This document shows positions 1 through 11,084 of a DNA stretch of 64,000 bases, one piece after another. Source of the stretch: Azolla caroliniana (lineage: Eukaryota; Plantae; Polypodiophyta); assembly GCA_043228905.1 (NCBI GenBank), contig JBHGNT010000022.1, positions 2,418,001 to 2,482,000 on the forward strand. The letters are read 5' to 3'. The notes under the pieces are model-generated. The model did not search any database, had not been told where the DNA came from, and saw only the letters and a list, made by a program, of their open reading frames with translations. The first letter of the stretch is position 1. The number at the start of each line of letters is the position of its first letter. The position numbers and the translations under genes are program-made.

Positions 1-419
1 TGGACCGACACCGGCGTGGCAATGAAAAGGAGTTCGAAGTCGGGAAACCAGTGCTACTATTCTAGACAAGGATGGGGAACATGCCGGGAAAGTTGCGGTT
101 TCGATGGACCGGACCGTTCTGGATCACCAAGGAGTACAATGGGTCGTATCAGCTCGGCACGTTGTCTGGAGATGTCATCGGCAAGTGGGCAAATGGATTT
201 CGGCTAAAGCCGTATAAAGGAAATATGCCAGCCAACCCGTTCAAGCGGAACCCGGAAATCCGGCAAAATGAGGAACCGACACCGACAGACGCTGCTGAAG
301 ATATTCGGACCGAGGAAGAACCGACACCGATACTGACGAAGACTATCCCGGAAAACCGACAGAAGGATCCGGTATCCACACGAACCGACCCGAACAAATC
401 GGGGGGGACCAGCAAATGA
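1..419 (+). CDS. pol: 3' end of pol (integrase GPF tail, no chromodomain)
   Basis: ORF 72-419 ...KLRFRWTGPFWITK... matches the end of ORF 22082-25000. Confidence 0.9.
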
Positions 420-620
420 CGTGGTCCAAGCAAAAGGAAAAAAAAAATAATAATAATAATAATAATAAAATAAAATAAAAAATGACGTGGGCAAAATCGA
501 CGCGAATCATCGTAATGATGGGGAGATCACAAGAGGAGGGAGCGCCACCATGCAACGAAGAGGCGCCATGCATTAAAGAAGGACGTGCGCGGACTTGCTA
601 TTTAAAGCATGGAACGTGGG
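417..620 (+). promoter_or_regulatory. Putative internal promoter for the extra ORF
   Basis: ACGTG cores at 419, 485, 583 and 614, an A-rich tract at 432-482, and TATTTAAA at 599-606, 52 nt before the ATG at 658. All motifs are conserved in copy 2 (~24998-25195). Confidence 0.45.
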
Positions 621-657
621 CACTCACACGCGGCAAACATGAAAGGACATAGTAATT

Positions 658-3600
658 ATGGCGGGAGAGGAACATGCGCGGGAAACGAAAAAGGGCGGCT
701 CGAGGCATAACCCACTATATAAGACACAGGCCTACGAAGGGCTCACTTTTTACGAATTTTCCTACATACAGGCGCAGAAGCACATAAGAGCGACCCGACG
801 CACAGAGCACACACAGCGCGATCCCGAACTACAGGCAGCAGACGAAGAATTCGGAACAATGGTACTGTCGGAAGAGGCACGCCAATGGATGAGGGAGAAC
901 GGGTTAAAAGGATTGCTGCGGATCGCCGACGCTCCACCACACGCAGAACCAGAGCAGGCGGCAGCATCGATCGATATATCAGAAGTCATAGAAGGAGCAG
1001 TGCAGGCGCTCACGGGGATCAAAGCAGGAGGACTTCAAACAATCGAAAACCCTTCCAATGAAATCCTGTTCGAATATTTCGGGGAATACTCTATCAACAG
1101 CAAGGCGTACCGAACGCAGGGCGGAGAGAACCTGCTGTTTGAAGAAGTGGCCCGCGCTATGATGGAATACGGATTCGTGAATCCCCGTCCCCCAGCCATA
1201 GCCAAGTACCGGGCAGCGTTCTTAATAGCAGCGTACGAGGGCTTACAAATAGACTGGCTCCATTTCATAACCGAAGGATTGAAGGAGGCCATCAGAAATC
1301 TTGTGGAAGGAAACATGGGCCGGGATAGCACAATGGCTAACGGTGTTAGTCCCACCGGTGCTCCCCATCACACAAAAGAAAAGAGGTCGGCAGGAGACGA
1401 CGCCGAAAAAGGTCACAAAGCGCCGACAGATCTTGGAGAAACACACCCCCGGATGGACCCAGCAAGAAGCAGAACAGCAGGGGGAAGGACCATCCCGACA
1501 GCAACAGGAACCGGCAACAAAGGCAAAACCGGCAGGTAAAGGCAAAGGGAAAGCGGCCGAGGAGGAACCGGTAGCGCGCAAACTAATCCATATAACGCTG
1601 CGACGGCCGGAACCGGAACCAGAGGTCTCTAGACAAAAGGTCCGCCTGGTAACCGCACCGGAGGAGGAAACTGAAACAAAGGACTCATCTGAACCACTGG
1701 TAAGACTCCCAGCAAGACAAGGTCGGGAGAAACAGGCGAAAGGACCGGCTCCACCAGTGGACAGAACTCAGCAGAGGGCGCAAGGACCATCTCCAGTAGC
1801 CGAGACGGAAACAGCACCGGAACCCGTACCCAGGGAAGCAGCACCGACACCGGTTGGGCCGGACTTCAGAAAACCGGTCATCCCAGAGAAGAAGAAGGAA
1901 CAAGCGCCGGAGCCGGAGCCAGAGAAGAGGCCGGAAAATCAGCCTGGCTTAAGTGAGCAAGGCCACCCCGACACCGGAAGAACAAAGCCACAATGGCTAA
2001 GATGGCTTTCGGAGCAGTTATCGGGAGTAGTGGACCAGTTAGAGAAAGAAGAAACGTGTCGGCAACAGCTGACGCATACAACAACTCAGGAGTTGGTCGC
2101 GCTCCGAACACAGATCGAGGAAATGCAAGGGGAGCTGTTGCAAGCAAGGGAAGGAATTCAACAAGCACAAGTTGTCACCGAGCCGGTCGGGACAACAAGG
2201 AAGCAACCAGAACCGGAACCGGAACCGGTAGCCTTGCAAACCGGCCCTGAGACCGAAAAAATAATAGAAACCTTACGAGAGGAGTTACAAGCTCAGGAGG
2301 CATTAAGGGAAAGAGAAAGGGAGCAGCGGAAAGCGGTGGAGGACGACAGACGAAAAATGGAAGAAGGCCTCCGGAAAGGTCGAGCCGCTAATGACCGACT
2401 GCAAGAAGAAAAAGAGAAGCTGCAGAAGGAGAAGGACCGACTACGTCGACATGCCGAGCAAGAGATAGAACGACTGCAGGAAGAACTCCGACAACAGAAG
2501 GACCGGGACGATCGGTTAAGAGCTCAGGCATCCCGACGCCTGAAGCAGAAGACGGAGGACTTCGACCGTCTCTACCGAGATCACAAGCAGGCCGAGTCGG
2601 ACAACAAAAAACGAGCAGCAGACTACGACCGGCAAATAGAGAAGCTCAAAGAGCAGCTCAAAGAGACCCGATTAGACCTGGCTAAGGCGATGGATGAGGT
2701 CAGTGCCAACAAGGAAGCATTGTCGGCGGAAATAGCCCAAGCAACGGAGAGAAGGAAGGAATTAGAGGCGCTAAGGCGGGAAAAGCTGGACCTGACCAAG
2801 ATCAGGAATGAAGAAAAGGAAAAATCGACCTTCACGATCAGCAAACTGCAGAGTACCTATGAAAAGCAGAAAGCAGATTACGAGGCCCAGGCTCAGATAA
2901 TGGCCGACATTATAAAACGGGCAAGGAAGGAAAAGCAGGAAGCTTATGCGCATGCTAAGGCAGGGGTTGACCGGATCAAGCTCATCATGTCAGGATGGAG
3001 TACCCGAGCTCAGGCAAGCATCAATGAAAGTACGGAAAAGCTATGGAAGGAGTGGTCACAACAGGCAGCTGAGCTGCAGACACTCCGAGCGGATGCCGAG
3101 AATCGGAGGAAGACCGGTGACAAGTTCTACAAGATGGATGAGGAAAGTATCGTCGCCATTCGGGAAGAATTGTCGGAAGATTTCTACACTTTAGCGGAAG
3201 AACATCTCAAAGAAATCCGAGGGTTGGTAGAGAGGTTGGATGACGGGCAGCTCGCAACTCAGTTGGAGTTGGAGAGATACGAGCAGGACCGGTTACGACA
3301 GGAAGCGACGCCAACCACTATTGGTGAGGGAACGCGACCGGCTGAAGATGAACCAACCGACACCGAACAACCCCGACGAGGAATACCCGAAGACGAACTT
3401 GAAGAAGAGCAGGAGCGGACCGATGCCGGAGAAGAAGAAGAGCTGAGACCGGAAGACACCAGAGCAGAGGAAGGAGGCATATCGAGTCGACCAGTCGTGA
3501 CCGGAGAAAGCGACACTGGTAACAGAACAGAGCCAGGAACGGAGGGAGAATAGGAAGATCCCGGACGAAGAGGTGAGGAAGCACCGGCACCACAGAATCA

Positions 3601-3745
3601 AGCAGAGCCGGAGCAGCAAATTTTTACAGAACAGCCCACCGAACCGGAGGTCGGAGACCAGGCAGGCAAGGAACAGGAACAGGAGGAAGAAGCACCACTT
3701 GACACCATCGAGCAGAGTGTGCTCGATATTTTGGAGGAAGACTGA
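658..3745 (+). pseudogene. Extra (env-position) ORF, ~1030 aa reconstructed: N-terminal globular domain, Pro/Glu-rich linker, long coiled coil, acidic tail
   Basis: ORFs 658-1539 and 1301-3553 join if the 5 bp (AAGGC) present in copy 2 are restored at ~1313. TAG at 3551 is CAG in copy 2. The shared stop is TGA 3743-3745. Confidence 0.85.
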
Positions 3746-3795
3746 GGCCGGGAGTGGATTCGAAGTGCAAGGCACTTTCCCACGGGCGTGCCATG

Positions 3796-4168
3796 TGTTG
3801 GCCGGTTAGAAGAGCAAGGACAAGTGGGAAGGCAGAATCGGATCAGATAATAGGAAGTAAATAATAGTAGAATTATTATTCGGAGGGACGGATCCGGTAC
3901 AGTTGTACCGATCCGGATCCGGACCGATTCGGATGTCGGTTGCCTAAGCGCACCGATTGTAACCTTGCCGGATGCCTATAAAAGGATCCGATGATTTGTA
4001 AAGTGTTTTGACGGAAGTAATACAATAGTGATTATTGCGTATTTATCTGTATCTCGTATTGTTTGCCGTCCGTGCTTAATTGTAATCATCTTATGCGTGT
4101 AACCTAGCATCCAATCCTTACCACCCCTTTGCTTAATTGTTGAGGCTAGTCCGGCCAGACAGACAACA
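3796..4168 (+). repeat. 3' LTR of Athila-like copy 1
   Basis: TGTTG...CAACA termini; homologous to 18631-19015 and 28333-28717. Confidence 0.93.
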
Positions 4169-4625
4169 CATGTGTGGGCGCATGCAACTGAACGTAGAGG
4201 CCATGCAGCTAAAGTAAAGTTCATGTGTGGACGCATGCAATTAAGGAAGCGAGGTGGGAAAAGGAAGGGGGCAGGATAGAGGACCGGAAAGAAATCTATC
4301 ACGAAAATTCCTAACCCTAATATTTTTCTTATCGAAGCCATCTCTCGAAAGAACCCTAATTTTTCTCATCTAAGTCATATCAATTAGGAATCCATAAACC
4401 TTAATTTTTTCTTATCTAAGCCATATCTCACAAAGCCTAAACCTTTTGTAATCCCAATCTTGGGATAGATTGTAACTTTCTTTTCCTTTGCTAATGAAAA
4501 ATTATTAAATTTTCTCATTTCCGTTAATTCTTAAAGTATAAACGCACGAATTTGATATCCTCTGGTCGAAGGCTCTAGGGTCCTGCCTCAAGTTCACGTG
4601 TTTTTGTCGTATTTTTGCGACAACA
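4169..4625 (+). repeat. Probable 3' part of an unrelated LTR (host of Athila-like copy 1)
   Basis: Non-coding, with internal repeats (CATGTGTGG.CGCATGCAA x2; CCTAAT-T-run-CTTATC x3). Ends in CAACA directly before copia coding sequence. Confidence 0.45.
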
Positions 4626-4915
4626 TGTTCTTTCTAGTGAAGTTGAACTGGTGTATGTTTTGATGGATTGGCAAACTACCAATATCTTCACCAAACCTCT
4701 TGGCATGGACAAGTTGCTACAATTCTCGAGTGCGCTTGGTTTGCAACACCTCGACTAGCCAAACTTGAGGGGGAGGAATAGTGAATGCAGTGGAAGAGAC
4801 CAGAAAGCCGAATCGAATGAAGTGTTCGATTTCTGGATGGCTAAAGAAGCTGAAGACAGATCCGGGGGGAGTAACCAAAGGAATGAGCCCAAGATGGAGA
4901 CAACCAAATGAGGGG
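4626..4915 (+). pseudogene. pol: Ty1/copia RNase H end and 3' extension (continues at 30126-30268)
   Basis: Translates as ...NIFTKPLGMDKLLQFSSALGLQHLD*PNLRGR, the same lineage as the ends of the elements at 8897 and 50738. Confidence 0.8.
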
Positions 4916-5117
4916 TATCAAGACTCGAGAATAGGAGAGAGAAACATAAGATGACAATAGAAGGTATATATATAGAGAGAGAGTACACTATAAATGGAAA
5001 GAGAGTTTATATTATAAGAGAGCAAGGATTACAAAGAGTAGGCTAAGGGGCTACAAATTGGTGTTGAACCGAATGAGTTGTGATGAATGAATAGAAACCT
5101 ATTTAAAGGTCCTTATG

Positions 5118-5243
5118 GAGTATTCTAGAATGTTCTAGAATATTTTAGTTATTTATGATATTTAATATAATTATGGAATATCCTAGAATGTTCTAGAATA
5201 CTCTAGAATGTTCTGGAATACTCTAGAATGTTCTAGAATACTC
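5118..5243. promoter_or_regulatory. Phased nGAAn/nTTCn heat-shock-element arrays in LTR
   Basis: GAA and TTC(-like) triplets alternate every 5 bp at 5118-5145 and 5176-5243. Confidence 0.7.
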
Positions 5244-5291
5244 TAAATATCTTGTAATAACTAATAATACATTAATTATAATTATACATCA

Positions 5292-5365
5292 TATATGTTC
5301 TTATAATGGTTAAAGGTCGAACAAATAGACCAAGACGTCTTGGGTTCGAATACTTGTAAGGCCAA
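5292..5365 (+). ncRNA. tRNA-derived Pol III A-box/B-box cassette in LTR (not a functional tRNA)
   Basis: A-box-like TCTTATAATGG at 5299-5309 and B-box GGTTCGAATAC at 5343-5353, at tRNA spacing (46 nt from T8 to T54 equivalents). Confidence 0.6.
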
Positions 5366-5389
5366 AATGTATGTCTTCATGACATTATC

Positions 5390-7360
5390 CCACCCTTTTC
5401 GACGACGAGTTCCATTAGTCGGAAGACAAGATTTCGAACTTGGCTTATGGGGATATTTGCTGTGAAACGCAGGAACCATTTCAGAGGCATTGGCAAGATT
5501 CTCGAGAGGTTCCCATGTTCGATCATTAGGTGTATATCCTAACCAATCAACAAAATAATACAATTTGTTGTGAACGATCTTGGAATCGAGAATGGCAGCA
5601 ACTACATATTTGGAGCCATCCGAAATTTCAATTGGAGGTGGGGGAGATTAAGACGGCCTAGAATAAAGCTGGTTGTGTACGGCTCCAAAAGTGAAACATG
5701 GAAGACCGGGTGAAGATGCATATGAGGAGGAAGATCAAGGCGAAATGCCACATCATTGATCTTACCAGATATCACATATGGGCCAAAACGTTGATAATCC
5801 AATTTGCAGCAAGGTCGGGTTGTTTTAATGCGACCTTGTAAAAGCCATACTCGATCTCCCACTTGAAACGTGGTTGATGAATCACGTCAATGACGGTCAG
5901 CAACCTTCTTCTGAGTGTTTTGAGCATCACATAAATGGTGCAAAAGGATATCTTGAACTTCTTAGAGTCGGGCGAGCCGATCTTCAGCAGCCAGGTTTGT
6001 CGGGAGTTTGGGATGTTGAAGCATAGTCCAATGAGAATGGTACCCAATGTTTGCAAAAAATGGGGAATATCGAGTAGAAGAATGTTCTGAGTTGTTGTAA
6101 GAAAATTCCGCTAAATGTAATAGATCAACCCAATCATCTTGTTGATAGTTGACAAAACAACGAAGATATTGTTCTATTGTTTGGTTGGTGCACTCACTAT
6201 GTCAATTAGTTTTTGGATGGTAGCCGGAAGAGAGTTTGCAAGAAGTATGTAAGAGTTTGAACATGTGCCGCAAAATTTTTGAGATGAACTGGGAACCCCG
6301 ATCACTGATAATATCATCAGGAAGACCATGATGCTGAAACACCTCTCGGATGTCTCTTGGCTCGTAATGGCCTTTGTGGAGGGAAGAAAATGTGCCATCT
6401 TGGTAAAACGATCTACTACCGTGAGAATAAAATCAAAACCCTTGGAAGGTGGTAGATCCGTAATGAAGTCCAATGAAATAGATTTCCATGGACTCTTAGG
6501 AATAGGCATTGGCTATAATAAGCCATATGGATGATGTCGAGGTTTTTTGGATCGATAACATGTATCACAACTACGAATATAATCCTTAACAAAATGGCGA
6601 AGTCGTGGCCACCATTACCTTCGAGAAATTAACGCCAAAGTCTTGTGGATGCCGAAATGTCTAACCATTGGTGTGTCATGACATTGTTGCAAGACTTGGA
6701 GTTGAGAAGGACCATTAGGCACATATAAGAGATTTTGTCGAAAAAGTAAACCATTATGCCAATTGAATTGGTTGTAGTCTTGACGAGGATTTTGAGATTG
6801 TGAACAAGAAGCACGATCTCGGATAATATGTTTCAGAATATCTTGGGTGAATTCATCAATCTCAATATGCTCCTAAATGGAGTCCAAAAGACTTGAATCC
6901 CGGGGTGTATCTATAGCATAAAAGGCCATTAGTTATAGATGGTCAGGACCCAAGAGGATTTGCTTCTGACTTTCAAATGCATCAGAGAGGGCGCCAGAAA
7001 GTCCGAATAGTCGTTCGGATAATGAATTGCATCTACGCCTGGATCTTGCCCAAGAGTTCACATCAACGGGAAGGTTTGGCACCTCTTTCTTTCTTTCTCT
7101 CTCTCTCTATGAATGGGTAAAATACCCCTCTTTTCTTTTGTTATAAACCAATTGTCGGCCTCTCCTGGTTGAAGTTCCATATATGAACACCAAGATAAAG
7201 CATCTTCTTTTCCTTGTTGCATCCCAGGGCGATATAGAATTACAAAATCAAAACGAGTTAAGAACTACGCCCAACGAGCTTGTCGATGACTCAAGACTCG
7301 AGCACTTTGGAAGTACGTTAGATTTTTGTGATCATTATAGACAATGATTTGTTGAGACAT
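5390..7360 (-). pseudogene. pol: Chromovirus pol remnant (RNase H end, integrase, chromodomain)
   Basis: ORFs 6174-6509 (PWKSISLDFITDLP), 5602-5862 (GPY, HPVFHVSLL) and 5282-5563 (chromodomain). Confidence 0.85.
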
Positions 7361-7484
7361 GTACTAGAGAGGTACTTTTAGTACTAACTATTACTTGGGC
7401 TAAGAACACATTGCTAACTTGTTTCACTAATGGGTTGCATATATCTCGGGTTGTCCAACCAAATGGGTCCTATTTTGGTTGGAC

Positions 7485-8450
7485 TTAGTCGTTTAACTCT
7501 TCTTCTAACTGACTAAGGACATCAAATTTGTTCGATAGCTTTGGGCTATTTGTACTATTAGGACCATAAGATATTCCAACTGAAATAGACTCGGGTTTAG
7601 TACAATTAGAACTAGCAACTATTTGCTTTACTCATCATCTTGGCCTTCTACCACACTTAACTTAGATATTTGGGGTAGAGTTGCGACCACTGAAGCATAA
7701 GTTTCTATTGGTCGGAAGCGTAACATTTGTTGGCACTTCGAATGCCGCTCAAATAACCGATTATCATATCGCATGGCCCGACTTACTACTTCAGTAAGAG
7801 ATTTTGGATCATCATTGAAGGTAAGAAGTAAATTCTTCACATCATTGCGCAAACCTTGACGAAAGTGGTCCATAAATTCTGCCTCGTCCCATGGAATATC
7901 ACATGCTAGAAGACAAAAATCTGCAACATAAGCGGAAGCAAGACAATCTCCTTGTCGTAATTGCCGAATTTCATTTATTGCGGTCCTCATACTATCAGTG
8001 TCTCCAAAGTTGGCTTGGAACTCATTAATAAACCCTTCAAAATATCTAATAATGGTGAGTGCTTCTCTAGGAGTGGTGCAAACAATGCTAATGCGGTACC
8101 CATTAACAAGGTACCAACTAGTCCCACATGAGCAACATCAGTTAGGTAATGGCTAGGATGCAATTTAATCACAAGTTGTACCTGATTTAAAAATCCACGA
8201 AATTGAGACCTTGTACAATCAAACTTGACCGACAGACTAATCTTGGGTTCCTTCAGCAAGGTTTGAACTTCCGCCGCTTGTCGTTGCAATAGACTAGTCT
8301 CCAATTGCCGGACCCGTTGAGATAATTCTTCATCTTGTTGTACTTTCTAAGCACTTACTTGTTATAGGTCTCCCAAAAAAATTGGTTGTTAGCATGTCGA
8401 GCTCGGAGAGAACACACATATATTCTTGCTTGCTGACAGACTCCATAGTT
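7485..8450 (-). pseudogene. gag: Chromovirus gag remnant
   Basis: ORFs 7987-8304 and 7628-7990 are homologous to gag 38374-39543. Confidence 0.85.
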
Positions 8451-8896
8451 GCGAGAGAAAATTGCTAGATTTGCTTGAATAAGGTTAAGATAAGAAGAAG
8501 AAGTTGGAGAAGAAGAAAAGAGAGATATTCGGTTCAAACTATCGAGAATTGAGAATAGGAGAGATAAAGATAAGATGAAAATAGAATGTAAAGAGAGAGA
8601 GAGAGAGCAACAACACAAGAAATGGAAAGAGAGTTTATATTATAAGAGAGCAAGGATTACAAAGAGTAGGCTAAGGGGCTACAAACTGGTGTTGAACCGA
8701 ATTAGTTGGGATGAATGAATAGACACCTATTTAGAGGTCCTTATGGAGTATTCTAGAATGTTCTAGAGTATTTTAGATATTTATGATATTTAATATAATC
8801 ATCGAATATCCTAGAATATTCTAGAATACTCTAAATATCTTGTAATAACTAATAATATATTTATTATAACTATACATCATATATGTTATTATAATG

Positions 8897-9323
8897 TGTG
8901 AAAAGAACAACGTGCGCAAGCAACAGAAAGCAGAACGTAGGAAAACACAAGTTTAATGGAGAGCTTGGACACACATAGTACGCGGGAGAGACAGACAGAG
9001 AGAGAGAATACACATGACTCAATTCAAAAAATAATACTCAATCTGTACATAGAATGTGCTCAGTGAGCTTTTTTATACCAAGTCCATACGAACTGACAAA
9101 AGTATTGACATGTACTTCAATGCTTATAACTGAGCTCTACACTAACTCCTAAAATATATTCCTAACTGGAATATCTTTCCAACAGCCTCGCAGTTTATGC
9201 ACCGCTACGGCTTCTCGTTGCGCACCGGTTTACGCACCGGTCCGGCCTAACCGATCGGTCCCAACTGATCCGGTTCTCGGCTTGCACAGCCGATCCAGCC
9301 AATGTTGAGCTTGTATCTCAACA
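8897..9323 (-). repeat. 3' LTR of copia B1
   Basis: TG...CA termini; homologous to 29603-30039. Confidence 0.9.
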
Positions 9324-10769
9324 CTCCCCCCCAAGCTCAACTTGAGGCTCTTTTGGTTCATCCGGATCACCGCTCTGGTTTCTTCTAGCTTCACGCCTCG
9401 CTCGTGCTCCTCGATCCTTTCGGTCGGCTTGTGTGCTCGTGCGGCCCTTCTCAGCGCCCTTGTTGTCGCGGTGTTGGGGCCTCTTTGGCTTCCCTTTCTT
9501 ACGCTTGGCCCTCAGTTGATTCGGCGTCTCCGAATCAAACATCCGAACAGAATCAGCTTCCTCCGATCGGTTTTCGCTCTCATTCGAGTTGGCTTCATGG
9601 TCCTTCCGCTCCTTTCCTGCTCCCTTCTGTGGTCTTCCGGGGCTTCTCTCCCCCTCATGTTCAGCACATCGAGGTGTCGCAACCCAAGCACACCCGAGAA
9701 TTCCCGCAACTTGTCAAGAGCAAGGGGCTTGGTGAAAATGTTACCGGTCTGCTGATCCGTCGGAACATACTGAAGTTCGACTTCACTAGAGAGGATACGC
9801 GTGCAGAAAAGTGGTGGTGCACCTCAATGTGCTTAGTTCGGGCATGGCAACAACTGCTTCTCTATACTCGGTTGTGGTACTCGACAGTGCAACAGTCGGC
9901 TGCTTCTTGCTACTCCACATGATCGCGGCGCTCCAAAGACAGAACGCGAATCCGGATGTGGATCGGCGATCGCTGGCGTTTCCGGCCCAATTAACATCAG
10001 TGTAACCGACTAACTGCGTGGCAACATCGGTCCGATATAGTAGCCCCCAGTCCTTAGTGCCACTAATGTACCAGAGTATGCGTTGTGCGCACTAAAGGTG
10101 CTCCTCGGTTGGTCGCGCCATGAACTGACTAATCACACTGACTGGGTAATTGAGGTTTGGTCGAGTGATAGTCAAGTAGATGAGGCTTCTGTCAATCTAT
10201 CGGAACCTCTTCGGGTCACAAATTTTTCTGGAGTTGGGGCGAAGCTTGACGATTCTATCTAAAGGAGTCGAGACGGACTTAGAATCTGCCATCCCGAACT
10301 TGAAGAGGATACCTGATAGGAATGCACGCTCCCTTTCCACACCACTCGGCGACAACCGAGTCTAAAATCGAACACAGAAAACGGATAATGAACGCACGAC
10401 ACAAAGGAGAGGAGAGTACATAGGATGTTTAACGTGGAAAACCCTGAGAGGGAAAAACCACGGGAGTCCACAGACTCCAAACTATCACTATATCACAATG
10501 ATTACAACAGTGAGCTCACGGAGGCAACGACCTCGTGCTCACGATCTTCGCCACAGGCGGCGGTTACAACAGAGGCAACGACCTCTTCCTCTCTCTCTCT
10601 CTCTCTCTCTCTGTACACTATTACGCGCTCTCTAGTCTTGCACCAACAAGAATGACAACACATTAATACAAAGTTTTCCCTAAGTCATATTTATGCTAAT
10701 ATGACTTTTTGGCTATTTACAAATATAGCCCCGATGGACTCTCAAAAACATATTTACGAATATGTCGCT

Positions 10770-11065
10770 TCATCCGGCGAGCACTCCTCACCGGGCCTTC
10801 ATCATCCGGCGCTTGCCAGGCACACGTCATCTGGTTCTCACTGGGTCTTCCGTTGCCGGGTACTCCACATCCGGTTCTCACCGGGTCTTCACCATCCGGC
10901 TCTTGTTGGGTACTCGTCATCTGGTTCTCACCGGGTCTTCCGTTGCCGGGTACTCCACATCCGGTTCTCACCGGGTCTTCACCATCCGGCTCATGCCGGG
11001 TACTCCACATCCGGTTCTCACCGGGTCTTCACCATCCAGCTCATGCCAGGTACTCCACATCCGGT
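10770..11065. repeat. CCGG-rich tandem repeats in U3 of the copia B2 LTR
   Basis: Repeated CATCCGGTTCTCACCGGGTCTTC units of ~40-50 bp; also at 15577-15822 and 32790-32890. Confidence 0.85.
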
Positions 11066-11084
11066 TTCCTAACAAACTCCCCCT

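Larger units (their letters stand above)
1..4168 (+). mobile_element. Athila-like Ty3/gypsy LTR retrotransposon, copy 1 (5' part outside window)
   Basis: Integrase C-terminus (RWTGPF), extra ORF and 3' LTR are near-identical to 24582-28717. Confidence 0.93.
4916..5384 (-). repeat. 3' LTR of degenerate chromovirus
   Basis: TATCA...TGACA on + strand, adjacent to the reverse-complement PPT; homologous to 8540-8896/30045-30120. Confidence 0.88.

Noticed and set aside
1301-3553. Host myosin/SMC-like gene or true envelope glycoprotein
   Set aside because: It is intronless, lies between pol and the 3' LTR in two copies, and has no ATPase motifs, signal peptide or TM helix.
4311-4320. Telomere-like CCTAACCCTAA
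   Set aside because: Only one to two units inside an LTR-like remnant; not an array.
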